NCBI GenBank assembly: GCA_965644295.1
Contig: CBFFRP010000363.1
Span: 634,950-698,949 of the forward strand
Source of the DNA: Paraphysomonas bandaiensis
Taxonomy: Eukaryota; Protista; Chrysophyceae
Direction of reading: 5' to 3'
DNA: 64,000 bases
In this document: piece after piece, positions 25,454-36,600 of the stretch
Layout of the letters: every line of letters starts with the position of its first letter
Numbering within the stretch: the stretch's first letter is position 1
The notes under the pieces: model-generated
Databases searched by the model: none
The model's input: the letters and a program-made list of their open reading frames with translations, nothing else
Told to the model about the DNA's origin: nothing
Made by a program: the position numbers and the translations under genes

Positions 25454-28400
25454 CTAGCGAAGAACAGTCTTTCTAAAATCTCCCATCGCACTCCTCGCGG
25501 ATGATGACAGGTCCTGTGTGAGCGACCGCATAGAGGACGCCATCGAAGTAACCGTTGCGTTCGCCGACGCACCACTTCCTCCTATTGTCATTGGCGGAAT
25601 GGGTAATCTCGAGCTGGCCCCACTGCTCTGAGAGCGCACATGAACAGATGATCCATCACTCCTCTCCTGTCCCCGTGGACCAGCAGACAGCCCAAAGCTC
25701 TCCAATAACTGTTGTTGACTCTGTCTGCCTAGGCCCTGAAGAGACATGATATTTTGCAAATCAGCAGCAGTTCCCTCCGGCCACATTATCTTAAATCTTT
25801 CTAGTAGCATCTCCTCGGGAGTGCCAATCAGCTTTAGCACAACCTCAATATGCGCTGTGCGAGAAGTGACTAGTTTCATATACATTGAAGGTACCGGACT
25901 GCGTTCCTCACTGTCAGCCGAAAGCCCAACATGATGAAGGTGAAGCAATAGCGTCTTTACATTGTATGTGTCCAGGAGCAGTTGCTGGGTACCTGTCTCT
26001 GTAATTCGCTTCTGTTTCATTATTATGTCGATGTACCGCTGGAGAAAATTCGTCGCGAGCTTGGTACAAAAACTCCTGAAATAAGTGTCCGTAAGTGCAT
26101 CTCGTATACGAGGAAGAAGCTCTTGAAGTGCATTCTGCCACTGGTGTATATGTGCACTTTCCTCTCCGACCATGTTCACAGCTGACCAGTTTACATTTTG
26201 CATAGCACGGAAAGCAGGTTCAAGGCGATCCATCACTCCGGATTGTAAAGCGTTGAGCGCATAAGCCACCACATCCATGAAGGCGTCGACTTCTTGAGAG
26301 AAGTCCACTCGGTCAACTAGATCCTTTGCCATCTTGTTCTTTACCATACTCTCCAGCTGGGGTACAACCTCCGAGCAGTATTCCGATGTGTTTATGATAT
26401 AGCATAGACTCACTTCGCTGCCCGGTAGCAGCTACGAAACGCATTAGTGTTAGCGAACACAAACAGGTTACGAAATAGCACTTACTCTGAACACTGGAGG
26501 CTGCCCTGATGATTGCGGGCATTTGCTGCGTAGCGACTCCGCATAATTTTGCAGGCAAGTTCTAAACTCCTTGCTGAGAGACAGAAATGTAATACCCGTA
26601 GTAAGAGCAGTGCAGCGTTTGATTGAGTTCTTTATGTACACAAACATGCTGATGGAAGATCCATAGACCGAACCAGTCACAGCTGAACCGTCAGTTCCTT
26701 CAGTTGTCACTCCTTCTTCCTGACGAAGCCTGAAACACTATCAGTTAACACGATATTTACTAGAATGAGCAGCGCGAATCAATGAAAAGCACAATACCAC
26801 CACATTAGCCAAGACCATTTGCACAACGCAACTCACTTTTCAAGCATCTCCTCAAGATTTTTTCTCTCCAAAAGAACATAAGGCCCTAAGAACTGCTCAA
26901 AAACACCAGATATGCAGTTCGGCTCCAGCAATTTGGTCAGAATGGTCCGCTCCTCGTCAGTGACTGCAACTTCCGGTTGATCCGGCAGATAAATCAGAGG
27001 GGCCCCTCCTAAATTTAAGTCACACATACGTCGCCCACATTCAGAAAGCACAACACCACCTGTCGGATGTGGTCCACTACGTCCTTGAGGAGCCATTCGC
27101 TCTGCGCTATACTGTGATGGGTCTTTTTCAACTGCGGAGTAAGATGTGTTATGCGCTATGCCGCTGTCGTCTTCGAAACGAGTTCGCATCTCCTGTTCGA
27201 ACCTGCAATATAAAGTCTCGCTCACAAACTGCAAAAATAGAAATAAAGAATTATTCACCTGAGAGTTGACTGAAGAGCTTTTAGTAAAACAGTGACGTCA
27301 CTGTTGTCTCCAAAGTCAGTGAGCATGGACATCATGTGGACTTTAGTGCGCTCATTGAATGATAGGCACAGTCGCTGGGCAACTCGCCAGTGCTTAGGGC
27401 ACACAGAGGCAAACTTAGAGTCCACAGTGCGTATGAGGCGTTTAATCCATGCCCAGCGCCTATCAACATGATCAAGCCCGTAGTGACTCTTGCCTGGAGA
27501 CAGTAAAACATACGATTAACGATCACCTCCCATATTGGCAACATTCATTATAGCCTATGCACCTTCTTCACCCATTCACTCACCTGGGCTGAATATCTTT
27601 TCATATGGAAGCATTTGTAGCTGTACAAATTCATCCAATAGATCCTTGCGTGCCATAGGTCCCAGTGCGTCCACTACCATGCAGGCATCAGAGAGAGAGC
27701 TCATGTTACCAGGAAGAGAATCGGAGAGCATATCTATATCAGCCACAGTATCCACAATCTGATTACACACCATACTAATATTACCATTTAACGCGTCTTA
27801 TAACATAACCATACCTGGCCAATTTCACGAAATGAGGCGTGTACATGGCGTTTGAGAGTTGTCATGATACTATCAACTCGGACCTTAATTGCCGCAATCT
27901 TCGGAATGGCAGTGTAACGCTCAAAGTGAGTCATAAGCTGCTTGACTGCATCAAGAAGATTCGATACCTCTCTGTACTGAAACTCCGAAGCCATCAACTA
28001 CAGCAAATGATTTATTGGCGATATGTAGCTATGATTCTAATTATTTTCCAATACCTCAAGTTGGCTTACAGCAGTGATCAACATTTGAAGTCGCTTCAAC
28101 GATGTTATCGTACTCTGTAAGTGATTTTTCGCGCAATCTAGTTTCTTAATATCTGCACATATTTCCTGCACCATCCTCTCAGACTGAGATGCTTTAGTCT
28201 TGATGTCATTTATCTTCTCGAAGAGTTCTCTTATAGCCACCTGAGCATCTGTTATGTCCTGCGCCTCACTGTTAAATACAGCCCATGATATCCACGAACG
28301 CATACCCGCGTAGCCTGCTCGCCTGCCCTGCTCTGTGTTTGTACCGCTTTGGATATTTCATCGTCGAGTGCGGTTATCTTTGAGGCGATACCCACTACAA

Positions 28401-28506
28401 ACGTGTCAACATCATCCAGAGACGACTCAGTGGGGAACTTCTGGTTAATGAATGCAATCGGGTCAAAGTTTGGCGAGTCCAATGGATCCTCTGCGATTGA
28501 AGTCAT
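25454..28506 (-). CDS. VPS53: GARP complex subunit Vps53, multi-exon
   Basis: N-terminus DPLDSPNFDPIAFINQKFPTESSL, then IKKLDCAKNHLQSTITSLKRLQML, RRYAWFKRLLR-type exon, CYIINTSEYCSE and QQLLLDTYNVKTLL. Confidence 0.93.
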
Positions 28507-28935
28507 TGTACTGAAACTCCCTCCCTGGTTGACAGGTGTCGATTAGGTGGGCATGAAATCTGTCTGCTGATGACTAAACAAGCAAATCCTCGCTCTGTAC
28601 ACACAACAGCATACAGAGTATACCATATACACACACACACACACACACATACAGCAACAACACTTGAACACATAGAGCACGAAATACATACTACGTAAAA
28701 CCCATTTTTTTGGTTCATTGTGCTCAGTTTACAACAGAAAGCCGAGTATTCTGGTATTCCATTCTCGAAATGTGTGTGTTTGCACCAGGAGTTCACCTGC
28801 AGGATGCAGAGAATAGCATGCCATGACTACCACACTACTCCACCTCGACTTCGACTCTTCGGCACATAGCATCGCATACTGTATCTCGCGCTCATATCAG
28901 TGTGGTTTTTAGGTACATAACACAATCCACTAGAA

Positions 28936-29715
28936 ATGCTACGACCCTTAATTCGATGCAATCGCTCTTTGCTCACAACGCAGAGGCTATGTAGACCCAA
29001 TTATCGTTTAAGCTTCTGCACAGAGGCGAGAGATGACGACGAGTTTATGTTCCCAGTGCAAGTTGTTCGTGACATGAAAGTGAGCTATTTGTGGAGCGGA
29101 TCCGACATTGCACAGTTGTGTGACATAGGAGCGGGAAGCTTTGATGTGGAAAAAAAGATTGTTTATGCGAGAAAGAATGTGAAAGTGGTCCGCGTTCGAC
29201 ACGTTTCTGATGGTTACATGTCATTCACTCTGATTCCAGATAAGCAAAACACATGGAAAATATGCAGTATTGCTGTATTCGGGAATGATATTGAAGAAAG
29301 TTATAATGATGTAGAGTTCTTTACGGGCGGTGTATGTGACCTTATTGGTGCGCTGAATTCTAAAACATCATCAGGTTTTTCCCAGCCTTATCAGTATGTG
29401 TGCCCTCCATATGCGCTGAAAACAACTGATCGTATATCAGAGTATATATCTCATTCCGGTATATGTAAAGATGGATCAGCTTTTTCACACTACTGCACCA
29501 GTTTGGTTCCGTCGAAACACTTGATAGGGACGTCGAAGTTAGTGTATCAAGAAACCTCAGTGCTTGTTCAGGATACTGCAGAAAATAACGTAGCCGTAAT
29601 AGATTTACTTTTGCTTGTTGACCGTACACTGCCTGAAAACCGAATACTGGGTGTAGTAATATCAAGCGAGAAAAGTTTAGAATGTCATTCTTCAAAGAAT
29701 GACAGTTGTCTATAA
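28936..29715 (+). CDS. Hypothetical protein with mitochondrial-presequence-like N-terminus
   Basis: Intronless 259-aa ORF divergent from VPS53. The N-terminus MLRPLIRCNRSLLTTQRLCRPNYRLSF is Arg-rich and free of acidic residues. No domain recognised. Confidence 0.65.
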   Translation: MLRPLIRCNRSLLTTQRLCRPNYRLSFCTEARDDDEFMFPVQVVRDMKVSYLWSGSDIAQLCDIGAGSFDVEKKIVYARKNVKVVRVRHVSDGYMSFTLIPDKQNTWKICSIAVFGNDIEESYNDVEFFTGGVCDLIGALNSKTSSGFSQPYQYVCPPYALKTTDRISEYISHSGICKDGSAFSHYCTSLVPSKHLIGTSKLVYQETSVLVQDTAENNVAVIDLLLLVDRTLPENRILGVVISSEKSLECHSSKNDSCL

Positions 29716-30358
29716 TGACGTTTTTTTCTAAGTGATAAAGTTGCTTTACTGCGGTAAATAAAAAGTGTTTCATGTTTTATAGCACAATCATATTCATCAG
29801 GGAATTTGGTGCGCAAACGCATAACAGAGTAACATACAGGTATGTGTAGTACTGAGTGAAAGTAGTGTCACCGTATGTAGTTTTACATAGAGTTGAACAA
29901 CATTGGCTATGTGCATGCTACACGTACAGAATGCACATACAGTTGTTGCGCAGTTCTATTTTTGTCATTGTTAGATTTTCATTGTTCGATGTAAGAAATC
30001 TCAGGATGAATTGACAGTCCTGGGTAGGAATTGATCACGTATGCGTGGTATGTGGTATCAGGCTTGCGTAACTAACAATAAATTGGTGGCATACTATCAG
30101 AAGCGTTGGAATACACACCGTGGACCAATACTAGCTATAGTTAATCCGTTCGTGCTATCTCTACTTTCTACTTCTATTTCAATTGCATGGCACATGAATA
30201 TACTTTAATTAGTTCTCCGCAATTTGTACATTACGCGAAAAGCATTCTATATATATGAATATTGCGTCAGTATCCATATCGTTCTTCGACATATTAATAC
30301 TTACTTCATTCAAAATATTCGAACACCCCAAGGTACATATTGTAGTCTATAATAGATA

Positions 30359-32514
30359 CTACAACTCACCCTGCAGACTAACAACAGGCTCCATGTCATT
30401 TTTTAGGCGCTCCATCAACCTATCTCTGGCTTCCCGCTCAAGAGTGGTCGCATTTCTCCATCCTGGAGGTCGCCACCAGAAGTTTACAGCTACATGCCTT
30501 CCCCCGTAGGACGTCACCTGTCACAGGAATACGCAGTCAGTCATAGATATTACTCCACAATAGCTTGCTGTTACGTATATACCTGGTGAAACCAACCAGT
30601 TGGAACAAATAACATGTCTCCCGCCTCCATGTGAACAGAGACTACAGTTCTAGATATTTCACTCTCCTAAATTATCCCAATCAGTATCCAAAATACAACA
30701 TACACAACAGCAATAGCGAGCAGATAAGGATTTTTGTGTACCTCCAGCTCAGAGTCAGTGGCCATACTAAAGTGATAGTTCCTCGCCGATGCTGCATCCA
30801 CGCTTGTGTTGTTGTTCGCTGGATTAAACTGGAACGAAAGTCCGTTTGAAGTAACGGCATAGGTTGGAGCGATGGTCTTCAGAAGCGGTGCATAGTGTGG
30901 TGAAAGCAGTTTGAATGTTTTTCGTCCGCACAGTAAGACATAAAGATTGTCAGTGGCGTCCATATGAAGCCGGCTGACGGTCCGTTTGCCTGAAATGTGG
31001 AGCAACGTTATTTTCAAAATCATTGGAGTGAAGCTCAATATGTACCTGGTGCGGATTCCGCGTTACCCATCCAGAGGTTGACGTCACTCATGCTACCATC
31101 ATCAACATATGTCTGCAGTATGGATGGCATTGGGATGTCTGCTCTCAAGGCCTCAGTATGTAGCGGGGGTCGCCAAATTGAACCATTGGCGTCACGATTC
31201 TCTTGCACATTCAGGTATTCCTCAACTTCGCTGTTATGCATTCCAGCAGAAGTCGAAAAATGGTTAGCTAAAAACTGCTTAAAGGGTTGTTTGACACGAT
31301 GGATTCCTGCGCCAAATCCAAATAGTCCTCCTGACATATCTCCCTTCGTTCCCCGACGTTCAACGTATACCTCCTCTTCTCCTGCCGCTGATACCAAGTA
31401 GGAGCTGTCTTCCCACTTACTCGTGCGCCAGTTGAGCAAAGTATCAACTCCGCCATCCACTCTGCTCCCTCGAATAACAATTGGTTCTCGACGCTGCACG
31501 ATGTCGTCGAATTCTTCAGGAGTGGGCATGGAAGGAAATTCTGCCAAGGACCTTGCTGATGGCCGGAATCCTATGCAACACCGTGGGATCAACATGAACC
31601 CGAATAAGACACGCTACTACCTGTGTACCCCACTTCTGCAAGTTTGGTGACCTGTTTGTAAAGTCTTTCAGACGGAGAAAGAGCATTTTGAACATCTGCT
31701 TCCTCAGCACACACTGTTTCGTTGCAGGAATTCAAAGTCATCAGCTACAAATTAGGTTCAGTACAATGCACTGTAACATGAAGGAAACTACCTTAGATGT
31801 AACATCTTTTAATAGAAATGCAATTCCAAAATCGTTTGGAGAAATACGGAGTACTTGTAGGAATTCTCGTTGGGCTCCACCGAGGTCACCTACACGAATG
31901 TCAAGTACTATGCACCAACCACATCTCTCAAAATTTAGCACACCCAACTACGCCGGTTAGCAAGTCTAAACATTCGTCGTAAACTGACCTACAAAACTCA
32001 ATGCACGGGCAAAATCACGTCTGGCAGCTAGAATATCTTCATCTGATGTCTCAGTATCTGTAGAAGCTTTGCCATAGAGTGCATTGCTCAAATACTTGAC
32101 AGCATCTTGTGGCTGAAAAATATTCGAGTCTAAAGACCACGATCCGGCCCGACTATTGAATCGAAAAGACGAAGGAAGTATATCTGCAAGAATTTTCAGG
32201 TGGCGAATAACATCTTGGTGTCGCATTAATCCCATTTGAACATGCCTAATAGCCAGGTAAGACAACCCCTCATGTATGGTAACTCGTATCTGTGGTGGTA
32301 GATCCCTATCCTGCAGAACAAGCTCACAGTTGAACTCCCCATCTTCATCTATCTTGAGGTTTCTGTTGAGAGAGGGCACCAGAGGGGAGGTGGAGGGGGA
32401 GGTCAGGAAAGGTTGACAGAAGGCTTCGGCCTCTGCGTTTCGTTGGGAGAGTACAAACGCGGCTTCATTGAGGAAGACAACGGAGTATATAGCTACTAAC
32501 CAAAGTCTCTTCAT
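30359..32514 (-). CDS. JmjC/Cupin_8 2-oxoglutarate oxygenase with signal peptide, multi-exon
   Basis: REPIVIRG, NLWMGN, SRLHMDATDNLYVLLCGRKTFKL (HxD), GDMLFVPTGWFHQV (distal His) and VAVNFWW. Ends ...SLQGEL*. Joining of the upstream exons (32514-31610) is inferred. Confidence 0.8.
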
Positions 32515-32749
32515 TGTTACAGCGCACTCACTATTATTCCATATATACTTAAAGTTGCTGCAATGGAATCGTCGACAGCATACATATCAATAGTATACAG
32601 AGTCGGTACTGTATACGCGGCACATATCCATATCAGATATCCATGGAATACAGCCGTAGGCTGTGGTACAACACTCAGCAATGCTTTATTTGGGAAAGCT
32701 TACATGCTGCGAAGAAAAGACATCTCACACCACTGTAGAAACACCGTTA

Positions 32750-33673
32750 AAGCAGCACACTGTTAAAACACTGTAGAAACATTGTTAAAGCAGCACATTG
32801 TTAAAGCAGCACACTGTTAAAACACTGTAGAAACATTGTTAAAGCAGCACATTGTTAAAGCAGCACACTGTTAAAACACTGTAGAAACATTGTTAAAGCA
32901 GCACATTGTTAAAGCAGCACACTGTTAAAACACTGTAGAAACATTGTTAAAGCAGCACATTGTTAAAGCAGCACACTGTTAAAACACTGTAGAAACATTG
33001 TTAAAGCAGCACACTGTTAAAACACTGTTAAAGCAGCACATTGTTAAAGCAGCACACTGTTAAAACACTGTTAAAGCAGCACATTGTTAAAGCAGCACAC
33101 TGTTAAAGCAGCACATTGTTAAAGCAGCACACTGTTAAAGCAGCACATTGTTAAAGCAGCACACTGTTAAAACACTGTTAAAGCAGCACATTGTTAAAGC
33201 AGCACACTGTTAAAGCAGCACACTGTTAAAACACTGTTAAAGCAGCACATTGTTAAAGCAGCACACTGTTAAAGCAGCACATTGTTAAAGCAGCACATTG
33301 TTAAAGCAGCACACTGTTAAAGCAGCACACTGTTAAAGCAGCACATTGTTAAAGCAGCACACTGTTAAAGCAGCACATTGTTAAAGCAGCACATTGTTAA
33401 AGCAGCACACTGTTAAAGCACTGTAGAAACATTGTTAAAGCAGCACATTGTTAAAGCAGCACATTGTTAAAGCAGCACACTGTTAAAGCAGCACATTGTT
33501 AAAGCAGCACACTGTTAAAACACTGTAGAAACACTGTTAAAGCAGCACATTGTTAAAGCAGCATACTGTTAAAACACTGTTAAAGCAGCACATTGTTAAA
33601 GCAGCACACTGTTAAAGCAGCATACTGTTAAAACACTGTTAAAGCAGCATACTGTTAAAACACTGTTAAAGCA
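32750..33673. repeat. Minisatellite (16-bp gttaaagcagcaca[c/t]t with 11-bp variants), left part
   Basis: Tandem units are directly visible, with a 54-bp higher-order unit at the left end. Confidence 0.97.
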
Positions 33674-36600
33674 AATGAAGAATTGATCTTTATAATAGTA
33701 AAACGATGTTGTGATTATTAGAGTGTAAGTAAAGAACACGATAGAGTGAAAAATTATGAATAACAATATAGAACGTACTATCATGCACAACGGAATAGTT
33801 AGAAGTGTAACTGATAATGACGACGTTATGATGACGATCACGTATCTTCGACAGATACTCTCTCTAATTCAGTTCATGGTATATTTCATTGAACATTATA
33901 ACTCACAGATATAATCATGTATTAAGCTGAATCCTAATACGCCCCCTCAATGAAATAATCAGTGAACCGTAGATAATAGAGAGAATATGAACTTATGCAC
34001 ACTGAGAGTAAAAACCAGAGTAGCAGTCACTAGTCAATAATGAGCGAACTGCAGAGATGCCATATTGTGAGACCATCCTTCTAGTCCAGCATCATGTATT
34101 GAATAAAAGTAAAAAAAAAATGGTAAAAACTCCGTGTAACTCAAACTAGCCACCTAGGTCGCTTGTGGTTTGTTAATTGTGATTTAGGTGTCTCTGAGGT
34201 TGTTGATCGCTTCCTGTTGCTGCTGGATGGGATGTCGAACCCAGCTCCCCCCATCAATGTAGTTCGCAATTGAAGAAAATTAGTTGTTCCTAGTGGTTTC
34301 GTGAGAAGATCGGCTAACATTGACGTGGTGGGAATATGGTCAACAGTCAATTGGTTTTCGGCAATATTTTCTCGAATGAAATGATACCGTATTGCAATAT
34401 GTTTCGTACGACGATGATGAGTAGGATTGTAACATAATTGGACTGCCCCTTTATTATCGCACCAAATAGTTGTTGAGAATGGAAGTTTGAAACCAATTTC
34501 TGATAATAAAGAGCGTAACCATAATGCTTCCTGAGCTGCTGACGATAGAGCCATATACTCAGCTTCAGTAGATGACAATGCCACAGTTGTCTGTAATCGA
34601 GATTGCCATGATATAAGACAATTACCTATGAAGAATGTAAAGGCTGTAGTGGATCGTCGAGTGAGGTGACACCGTGCCCAATCGCTATCGCAGTATCCTG
34701 ACAATGTTATGTGGGATCCAGAATATATCAATCCTTGCTTAGCAGTGCCTTTGAGATACCTAAGAACATGTAACGCAGCATTACAGGTAGTTAGATTAGG
34801 CATATCAGAAAATCTGGCAAGAGTATTGACTGCGTAGGCGATATCCGGTCGAGTGCAAACAGCTAGATACATCAGGGAACCTACGAGCTCCTTGTAGGGG
34901 AAATTCTGAACATAACTTTGATTTGACTCTGAAAGATGATTGTATTCATGTAAATCATAGTTGAAAGACAGTAACATAGGTGTTGACATGGGTTTACTGT
35001 TAGACATGTTGAATTTGTCCAGTAGTTTCCTGACGTACTGCTCCTGACTGAGAGTCGTGATATTTTTGTCAAAGTCTTGGTGAATGGAGATGCCCAAGTA
35101 ATAGTCTAGGAGTCCGAGATCCGTAATTTCGAACTTTTTGGATAAATGGTCTTTGAATTGTTGGATATCAGTGTCGGATGTAGATGCTATAATAATATCA
35201 TCCACATACATGGCTATTAGCATAATCCTGCCATTAATCTGCTTTTTGAATATACACGGGTCAGATATTAGTCTGGTGAAACCCATATCTAGCATAAAAT
35301 TTGTACAGCACTTATACCAGTTAAGACCTGCTTGCTTTAGACCGTAGATGCTTTTCATCAGTTTGAGGACTTTTCCGTCAGGGACGTCCATGCCAGGGGG
35401 GGGATGCATGTATATGTCCTCTTCGAGGTCAGCATTGATGTACGCAGTTGTGAAATCGATTTGGTGCAATTTGAGTTTCATAATAGTCGAAAGGGCAATA
35501 ATTGTACGTAGTGATGTAGCCTTCGCGACGGGGCTGTATGTATCATTGTAATCGATGCCTTGGATTTGAGTAAAACCCTGTGCGACTAGTCGAGCCTTGA
35601 ATTTGATATCATTCTGTTTTCTTTTTATTTTGAATATGAGTTTCCCCTTTATGGCTCTTGCTCCAGGTGGTAACGCAGTGTATCTCCAGCACCCTTTCCT
35701 CTGAAGAGTGGATATTTCTCTATTGATAGCATCGATCCACTGCTGTTTATATTTACCTGAAATAGCATCTTGAACACTCTTTGGTGTATCGGTTAGCTCG
35801 TCAATGTCATCGCAATTACTGATAGCATGCATAACAATATCAATATTGTTTGTATGTAATTTTGATATACATTGTGTGTCATGTGCCATATGATTTACTA
35901 CATGTTTGGCATTTACATCACATGTATATACACCATCACCAAGTTTATGTATATTTACAATTACCCGTTTCCTGGCCATTCTCTTGCTTCGGAGAACACT
36001 CTTTTTACCAGCTAAAAATTGTTGTTTTGCTGTTGCACGGACCTTACTTGGCCCTTCAGGTGTATCCTGATTTTCCCAATCTCCCGATGAATCAGCAGGC
36101 TTGTTGCAGCGTTTGGCCACACGCTGACGCACACGATCCACTTGACCGTGTGGTGCCGGATTCGGCACTTGATTCCCATTGAATTTTTTCGGAGGGCGAG
36201 TCTTCGCTATCTTTGCATCGGAGTGGGTAGGTTCACACCGATGGCTGCTGATTCTCTCCTGCGCGGCATCATGATGTCTTAGGTTCACGCCACTCCCCCT
36301 GGAAGTAGCGTCTGGCGCTGGAGATCCATTAACTGTATCGGGGTCTCGATCTGATTTGCTGGATTTATGTATTGGATTTTTCGATCGAGAAGTATTACAT
36401 TTGAGACCAACTGCTTTGAGTTCAATGTAGTCTTCAGTATACTTTTCGACGTCTGCAGCATGAATGGGGTCTTCGAGCTGGATGAGTCGTGTCTTGTCAC
36501 CGTTGTCGTCCACTAGACCACGATACGCTGCGATTAATCCTTTTCTGAGCTTTATTTGAGTCGTTACATATGTTAATCCATCGTCTGGATCTACATGAGC

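Noticed and set aside
28628-28648. (CA)n tract, and (TA)n near 10280
   Set aside because: Ordinary short microsatellites.
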